From an uncultured Ruminococcus sp. (GTDB lineage: Bacteria > Bacillota > Clostridia > Oscillospirales > CAG-272), in the NCBI GenBank assembly GCA_964522215.1, contig CAZFVR010000003.1:68561-132560 (forward strand): a stretch of DNA of 64,000 bases, given 5' to 3'. Every line of letters begins with the position of its first letter. The stretch's first letter is position 1. The position numbers and the translations under genes were made by a program. Below the pieces are notes generated by a model, which did no database searches, was not told where the DNA came from, and was given only the letters and a program-made list of their open reading frames with translations. This document shows, piece by piece, positions 58,042-64,000 of the stretch.

Positions 58042-59823
58042 TTATCTCGCCTCCTTCCCTGCAACATTGACATTATCTGACGCGGCATCGTCACCACCGT
58101 ATTGCGATTCATATATCTCGCGGTAGACCTCACAGCCCGCCAGCAGTTCTTCATGTGTGCCGATGCCGACAGCGCGGCCGTCCTCAAGCACGATTATCTT
58201 ATCGGCGTTAATGACCGATGCGGGGCGCTGTGTTACGATAAAGGTCGCGGGACGGGAGGCGGAGGCGGCTATATTTGTGCGAAGCTTAAGGTCTGTTGCG
58301 TAATCGAGAGCCGAAAAGCTATCGTCAAGTATAAGTATCTCGGGGTCGCGAATAAGTGCGCGGGCGATCGTGAGGCGCTGACGTTGACCGCCGGAAAAGT
58401 TTTTGCCTCCTTGCTCTACAGGTGCATCAAATGCCATAGAATCGCGCCCTGTGCCACTTTTGGCATTAACAAAATCAAGAGCGCAGGCGGCTTCAAGAGC
58501 TTTTTTCATCTCCTCGTCCGTCGCATCCGGCTTGCCCCACAAAAGATTACTGCGCACCGTGCCGGTAAACATCATAGCCGATTGCGGCACGATGCCTATT
58601 TTTTGGCGCAATGCGGCGGCGGGATATTGTTCGGCCGGCACGCCATCGATCAGGATGGATCCCTCCGTAGGCTCGTAAAAGCGCGGAATGAGGTCAATGA
58701 GCGTTGTTTTGCCCGAGCCTGTACCGCCGAGTATGCCGACCGTTTCGCCCGGCATCACGCTGAAGGTGATATCATCAAGCGAGTCGGCTCCCGCGCCTGC
58801 ATAGGCAAAGGAAACGCCGCGAAATTCAACAGCAGGCGCCCCTGTCACAGCCTCCGGCGCAGGGGCAGGGGCAAGCTCCTCTGCCGGGCGATCGAGCGCT
58901 TTGGCGATACGTCCCGCGCAAGCACCGGCCCTTGAGAGTGTTACAATAAGGTTTGCAAGCTTTACAAGCTCGGTAAGGATCTGAGCCATGTAGTTATAGA
59001 GCGCTATCAGCTCTCCCTGGGTGATCCTGCCTGTATCGACGGCTGGCGCACCGCGGCGGACGAGGAGGATTATCCCGATATTTACGATAACGTATGTCAT
59101 CGGGTTGAGCAGTGCCGAGATCCTGCCCGCAAAAAGAGATGCGCGGGTGTAATCGATGTTTTGAGCATCGAAGCGCGCTGTCTCCTCGCTCTCCTGACGG
59201 AATGCGCGGATAACTCTTGTACCGCGCAGATTATCGCGGGCGGTGCCTGTGAGTGAATCCAGCTTTGACTGCACACGCGCGTAGAGCGGGATGCCCGAAA
59301 GGATGAGCGCAAAGATCACCGCAGCCAACACCGGAACCAGCCCGCAAAAGATCAAGGCGAGCCGAGCATCGACGGTAAAGGCCATAACGACAGAGCCGAA
59401 AACGATAAAAGGCGAGCGCAAAAGCAAGCGCAGGCCAAGATTTACACCGCTTTGCAGCTTATCCGCATCGGCGGTCAGACGGGTCACGAGAGATGAACCG
59501 CCTGCGAGATCCGCCTCGGAGCGCGGATAGGACAGCACGTGGGCGAAGAGCTCACGTCTTATAGCCCCTGCAAATCCGACCGAGGCACGGGCGGAAAAAT
59601 ATTGTGCCGTTATTGAAAAGGCAAGCCCGACCGCTCCAAGCAGAGCCATCAGTCCGCAGGAACGCCAGATGTGACCGCCGTCCCCGGTGCCGACACCATT
59701 ATCGATGATATCCTTAACGATCAGCGGTATCATCAACTCAAGCAGTGCCTCGAGTAACTTAAACAGCGGAGAGAGTACGCAATCGCGCCTGTATCCCCGC
59801 ATGTAGATCCAGAGTTTTTTCAT
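58042..59823 (-). CDS. ABC exporter, fused permease/ATPase (ABCB-type, heterodimer subunit)
   Basis: 594 aa from MKKLWIYM (RBS GGAAAGGGAA upstream). Walker A GGTGSGKTT, signature FSGGQRQRL. The stop abuts the downstream partner gene. Confidence 0.9.
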   Translation of the reverse strand: MKKLWIYMRGYRRDCVLSPLFKLLEALLELMIPLIVKDIIDNGVGTGDGGHIWRSCGLMALLGAVGLAFSITAQYFSARASVGFAGAIRRELFAHVLSYPRSEADLAGGSSLVTRLTADADKLQSGVNLGLRLLLRSPFIVFGSVVMAFTVDARLALIFCGLVPVLAAVIFALILSGIPLYARVQSKLDSLTGTARDNLRGTRVIRAFRQESEETARFDAQNIDYTRASLFAGRISALLNPMTYVIVNIGIILLVRRGAPAVDTGRITQGELIALYNYMAQILTELVKLANLIVTLSRAGACAGRIAKALDRPAEELAPAPAPEAVTGAPAVEFRGVSFAYAGAGADSLDDITFSVMPGETVGILGGTGSGKTTLIDLIPRFYEPTEGSILIDGVPAEQYPAAALRQKIGIVPQSAMMFTGTVRSNLLWGKPDATDEEMKKALEAACALDFVNAKSGTGRDSMAFDAPVEQGGKNFSGGQRQRLTIARALIRDPEILILDDSFSALDYATDLKLRTNIAASASRPATFIVTQRPASVINADKIIVLEDGRAVGIGTHEELLAGCEVYREIYESQYGGDDAASDNVNVAGKEAR

Positions 59824-59840
59824 AATGATAATTCCCTTTC

Positions 59841-59863
59841 CGGCGTTGCAAAGGCTTGCAACG
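59841..59863. promoter_or_regulatory. Perfect palindrome GCGTTGCAA-aggc-TTGCAACGC in the leader of the ABC exporter operon; candidate operator
   Basis: 9-bp inverted repeat about 18 nt upstream of the exporter start codon. Confidence 0.3.
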
Positions 59864-59939
59864 CACCGCTTATTATAACATATATCGATAAAATAATCAA
59901 GTCTTTTCATCAAGACATTAAAGATATACGACATTTATC

Positions 59940-59968
59940 TTGACAAATGCGCACTTTAGCGGTAAAAT
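59940..59968 (+). promoter_or_regulatory. Sigma-A promoter (TTGACA-17-TAAAAT)
   Basis: About 120 nt upstream of the GHL10 gene. A GGGAGCG-caaa-CGCTCCC hairpin lies in the leader. Confidence 0.4.
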
Positions 59969-60087
59969 ATATAGTGGAAAATAATGCAGACGGCAGGGAG
60001 CGCAAACGCTCCCTCAAAACGCGCGCCCACTACCCCAGTTAAACGATCAAACAAAAACAAAAAACCAAAGAGGCAGAGGACTTAAAA

Positions 60088-61491
60088 ATGAAGACGAAAC
60101 GCACGGCACAAAAACTTTTGTGCGCCGTAATTGCTTTTTTTATAATGCTCCCCATCATCGGCTGCCAAAGCTCACAGGGCGACCCGAGCAATGACCCGGA
60201 GAGCACACCGAGTGGAGACGTAAGTTCCGACAGACAGGAGTCGAGCACCGGAGAGTTGGATATGACCGCAAACAATACCGATAAAGGGGAGGACACGAAT
60301 GACATGTCAACACAGGCAGGCACGGGCAATGTAATAAACTTTAAAAACAAAAAATGCATGTGGCTCTCGCAGTATGACCTCAATTCAGTCTACACAGCCA
60401 ACGGCGGGCAGAGAAACCAAACGCAGTTTGAAAAATACATAAAAAAGATACTTGCAAACGTTAAAGATCAAGGCGTCAACACAATAATAGTACAGGTGCG
60501 CCCCAATGCCGACAGCATGTACCCATCCGACGTTTATCCGATGTCAAAATACGTTGTGGGGACTTACGGCAAGGATGCGACCTACGATCCTTTTGAATTT
60601 ATAATAAACGAAGCACACGGGCTTGGACTTTCCGTTCAGGCGTGGATAAACCCCATGCGCGCCATGACGACCTCCGAGATAACAAAGGTGGATGGCAGAT
60701 ACAAGATCCGCGCGTGGTACGACGACAAGAACCTAAACGGCAGGTATCTCGTTACCGTAAACAAAACGGTGTACCTCAACCCCGCATATCCCGAGGTGCG
60801 TGAGCTGATAATCGATGGCGCAAGAGAGATACTGGCGAGGTATCCTGTTGACGGCCTCCACATGGACGACTACTTCTACCCCACGACCGAGGCATCCTTT
60901 GACTCGGCGGCGTATGCGGAATACAAAAAGGACGGCGGGAGATCCTCCCTTGCCGATTTCAGGCGCGATGTGCTATCCGAGCTTGTGGCGGGTCTGTACA
61001 GCGCAACAAAGGCCGCAGGTAGTGATATCTTGTTTGGTATCAGCCCTGCCGGCAACATAAACACGGTATATGAGAAACAGTATGCCGACGTTTACAGATG
61101 GTGCTCGGAGGCGGGATATCTTGATTACATCTGCCCGCAGGTCTATTTTGGACTTGAGCATCAGACCTACGATTTTAAAAAGGTCTCCAAAACCTTTGAG
61201 AACATCATAAAGCTTGACTCTGTTGAGCTTATCATAGGCATGACGCTGGGCAAGGCCAAATCCGGTGAGGACCAGTACGCCGGCAGCGGCAAAAACGAGT
61301 GGCGCGAGCATGATGATATCCTACTGCGCTGTCTTGATCACACGCAAACGCTGGAGAGGTGCCGCGGTGTGGCATACTTCTGCTACCAGTACTTCTTTGA
61401 CCCGCTGAGCGGTGTTGAGGTGCGCGAGACCAAAACCGAGAGGGATAATTTCATTCCCCTGCTCAAGACCATCACCTGGAACGCCGAGTGA
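60088..61491 (+). CDS. Glycoside-hydrolase-like GHL10 (DUF187, YngK-type) lipoprotein
   Basis: 467 aa. Lipobox IIGCQSS, a Ser/Asp/Thr linker, and a TIM-barrel-like GHL10 region (NTIIVQVRPNADSMYPS...GLHMDDYFYP). Confidence 0.7.
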   Translation: MKTKRTAQKLLCAVIAFFIMLPIIGCQSSQGDPSNDPESTPSGDVSSDRQESSTGELDMTANNTDKGEDTNDMSTQAGTGNVINFKNKKCMWLSQYDLNSVYTANGGQRNQTQFEKYIKKILANVKDQGVNTIIVQVRPNADSMYPSDVYPMSKYVVGTYGKDATYDPFEFIINEAHGLGLSVQAWINPMRAMTTSEITKVDGRYKIRAWYDDKNLNGRYLVTVNKTVYLNPAYPEVRELIIDGAREILARYPVDGLHMDDYFYPTTEASFDSAAYAEYKKDGGRSSLADFRRDVLSELVAGLYSATKAAGSDILFGISPAGNINTVYEKQYADVYRWCSEAGYLDYICPQVYFGLEHQTYDFKKVSKTFENIIKLDSVELIIGMTLGKAKSGEDQYAGSGKNEWREHDDILLRCLDHTQTLERCRGVAYFCYQYFFDPLSGVEVRETKTERDNFIPLLKTITWNAE

Positions 61492-61595
61492 CGGCGCCCG
61501 TATGCACCGCGATGCAGTTGTATGTATAAGCAAAAACAGCTGTACTTATTTAAAATACATCTACACCCATCATCCGAAAGGACCAAAACGATAAT

Positions 61596-62351
61596 ATGCT
61601 TGAACTGAAACACATTTCCTTTGAGGCCGCCGACGACAGTGCCGAGGGCGGCAAAACGCGGGAGATACTGCACGATATCAGCCTTACCATAGACTCTCGC
61701 TTTGTTGCCATAACCGGCCCGAACGGTGGCGGAAAATCCACGCTTGCCAAGATAATTGCGGGAATATACACACCCACCTCCGGTCAGATATTGCTTGACG
61801 GTGAGGATATCACCGGGCTTTCCATCACCGAGCGCGCACGCGCCGGCATCAGCTACGCCTTCCAACAGCCGGTAAGGTTTAAAGGGCTTCGTGTTCGCGA
61901 TATACTGGATCTCGCATCCGGGCGCAAGAACAATATTGATGAATCCTGCCGTTATCTTTCGGAGGTCGGTCTTTGCGCGCGCGATTATATCGACCGCGAG
62001 CTTAACGCCAGCCTATCCGGCGGCGAGCTTAAGCGCATAGAGATCGCTACCATACTCGCCCGCGGCACAAAGCTTTCGATATTCGATGAGCCTGAGGCGG
62101 GGATAGATCTTTGGAGCTTTCAAAACCTGATCCGCGTATTTGAAAAAATGTATGAATCCACACGCGGAAACATTTTGATAATAAGCCACCAGGAGAGGAT
62201 ACTTAACATTGCCGATACCATCGTTGTGCTTCGCGCAGGCAAGCTGGATGCCATCGGAACACGTGACGAGATCCTGCCGGGTATTTTAAATTCTACTGCT
62301 GCGGGCGGTCCCTGCCCGGTGCTCAGCAACAGAGTTGAGGGGGTGCGCTGA
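61596..62351 (+). CDS. sufC: Fe-S cluster assembly ATPase SufC
   Basis: 251 aa. Walker A GPNGGGKST, signature LSGGELKRIEIA, and an ISHQERIL H-loop. Confidence 0.9.
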   Translation: MLELKHISFEAADDSAEGGKTREILHDISLTIDSRFVAITGPNGGGKSTLAKIIAGIYTPTSGQILLDGEDITGLSITERARAGISYAFQQPVRFKGLRVRDILDLASGRKNNIDESCRYLSEVGLCARDYIDRELNASLSGGELKRIEIATILARGTKLSIFDEPEAGIDLWSFQNLIRVFEKMYESTRGNILIISHQERILNIADTIVVLRAGKLDAIGTRDEILPGILNSTAAGGPCPVLSNRVEGVR

Positions 62352-62352
62352 C

Positions 62353-63270
62353 ATGGATGCGATCAAAAAAAGACTTTTGCGCGAGGTGGCAGAGCTTGAT
62401 TCCCTGCCCGTTGGCGCTTATAATATTCGCGATGACGGCGCGCTCGGCGGCCGCCAAACCACCGCCAACATAGATATAAAAACTAAAACGGACAAGCCGG
62501 GCATCGATATCATCATAAAGCCCGGAACGGTAAACGAAAGCGTGCATATTCCTGTCATCATGAGCCAAAGCGGACTGCATGACATGGTATACAATGATTT
62601 TTTCATCGGAGAGGGCGCGGACGTTGTGATAATCGCCGGTTGCGGCATTCATAACAGCGGCTGCGGAGACTCGGCGCACGATGGTATACACACGTTTTAC
62701 ATCGGGCGCGGCGCACATGTAAAATATGTTGAAAAGCATTACGGCGAGGGCGAGGGCAGCGGCAAACGCCTGATGAATCCCACGACTGTTTTACACATCG
62801 CAGAAGGCGGTTCGATGGAGATGGAGACCACGCAGATCTCCGGCATTGACGACACCCTGCGCAAGACCTCGGCAGAGCTGGCCGCAGATGCGCGGCTTGT
62901 GATCCGCGAAAAGATAATGACAACAGGCACGCAGGTGGCAAAGACCGACTTTTCGGTTGATATGAACGGCGAGGGCTGCTCGGCTGATGTGATGTCCCGC
63001 AGTGTGGCCAAGGATCAAAGCCGTCAGGAGTTTGACAGCCTTATAAACGGCAACGCGGCCTGCACGGGTCACACCGAGTGCGATGCCATAATAATGGATG
63101 AGGGGCACGTACTGGCACGTCCCTGCCTTGCCGCAAACAACATCGATGCATCTCTGATACATGAGGCGGCGATAGGAAAGATAGCCGGCGAACAGCTGAT
63201 AAAACTGATGACCCTCGGGCTTTCCGAAAAAGAGGCCGAGGAGCAGATAGTTGCAGGATTTTTGGCGTAA
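62353..63270 (+). CDS. sufB: Fe-S cluster assembly scaffold SufB/SufD-family protein
   Basis: 305 aa from MDAIKK. SufBD beta-helix region. Typical clostridial two-gene sufCB arrangement, 1 nt after the sufC stop. Confidence 0.85.
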   Translation: MDAIKKRLLREVAELDSLPVGAYNIRDDGALGGRQTTANIDIKTKTDKPGIDIIIKPGTVNESVHIPVIMSQSGLHDMVYNDFFIGEGADVVIIAGCGIHNSGCGDSAHDGIHTFYIGRGAHVKYVEKHYGEGEGSGKRLMNPTTVLHIAEGGSMEMETTQISGIDDTLRKTSAELAADARLVIREKIMTTGTQVAKTDFSVDMNGEGCSADVMSRSVAKDQSRQEFDSLINGNAACTGHTECDAIIMDEGHVLARPCLAANNIDASLIHEAAIGKIAGEQLIKLMTLGLSEKEAEEQIVAGFLA

Positions 63271-63298
63271 CGAAAACGATCAAATACAATATATTTAA

Positions 63299-63970
<672 letters not shown>

Positions 63971-64000
63971 AACGCGCCTAATTTGCAAATGTGTACTTTT

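Noticed and set aside
58102-58935. 277-aa plus-strand ORF
   Set aside because: Antisense within the ABC exporter gene, whose Walker and signature motifs validate the minus-strand frame.

Overview
This 64-kb window looks like a chromosomal segment from an endospore-forming Firmicute (Clostridia-like). GC content is roughly 55-58%, and sporulation markers are scattered through it (SpoIID/LytB-domain protein, gpr-spoIIP, an M50 site-2 protease). Most genes are core housekeeping: deoC, an Lrp/AsnC-aminotransferase pair, polA, an M29 aminopeptidase, the UPF0210/UPF0237 pair, ldh, glpK, the ylxM-ffh-rpsP-KH cluster, mscL, a Ca-type P-type ATPase, a flotillin operon, potABCD, sufCB and two ABC exporters. 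I found no rRNA, tRNA or CRISPR array. Ten or so near-consensus sigma-A promoters and about a dozen strong intrinsic terminators are visible.

The most unusual content:
- A Na+-decarboxylase / transcarboxylase-like operon (3308-6685) has an intact 12S carboxyltransferase but a catalytically dead 5S-like subunit, only a fragment of the biotin carrier, and no pump subunit.
- An XRE-HTH/S24 autoproteolytic repressor operon (48241-50040) has a divergent small membrane protein and direct-repeat operators, resembling an SOS or prophage switch.
- A stand-alone ABC-type (AAA_21-like) ATPase gene (30797-31714) has lower GC than its surroundings and its own perfect promoter, inside the ffh/mscL neighbourhood.
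- A tandem class-II aldolase (22879-24162) has a degenerate second domain and sits next to an EEP phosphatase/nuclease.
- A MutS-domain paralog (8621-10231) is operonic with an extended Xer-like recombinase.
- The flotillin operon carries an extra membrane protein and an NfeD with a DxDxDG-like acidic loop.
- A serine recombinase gene lies at the right edge of the window (63371-63970).

No single compact multi-gene system that is obviously novel stands out. The candidates above are scattered through otherwise ordinary core genome.
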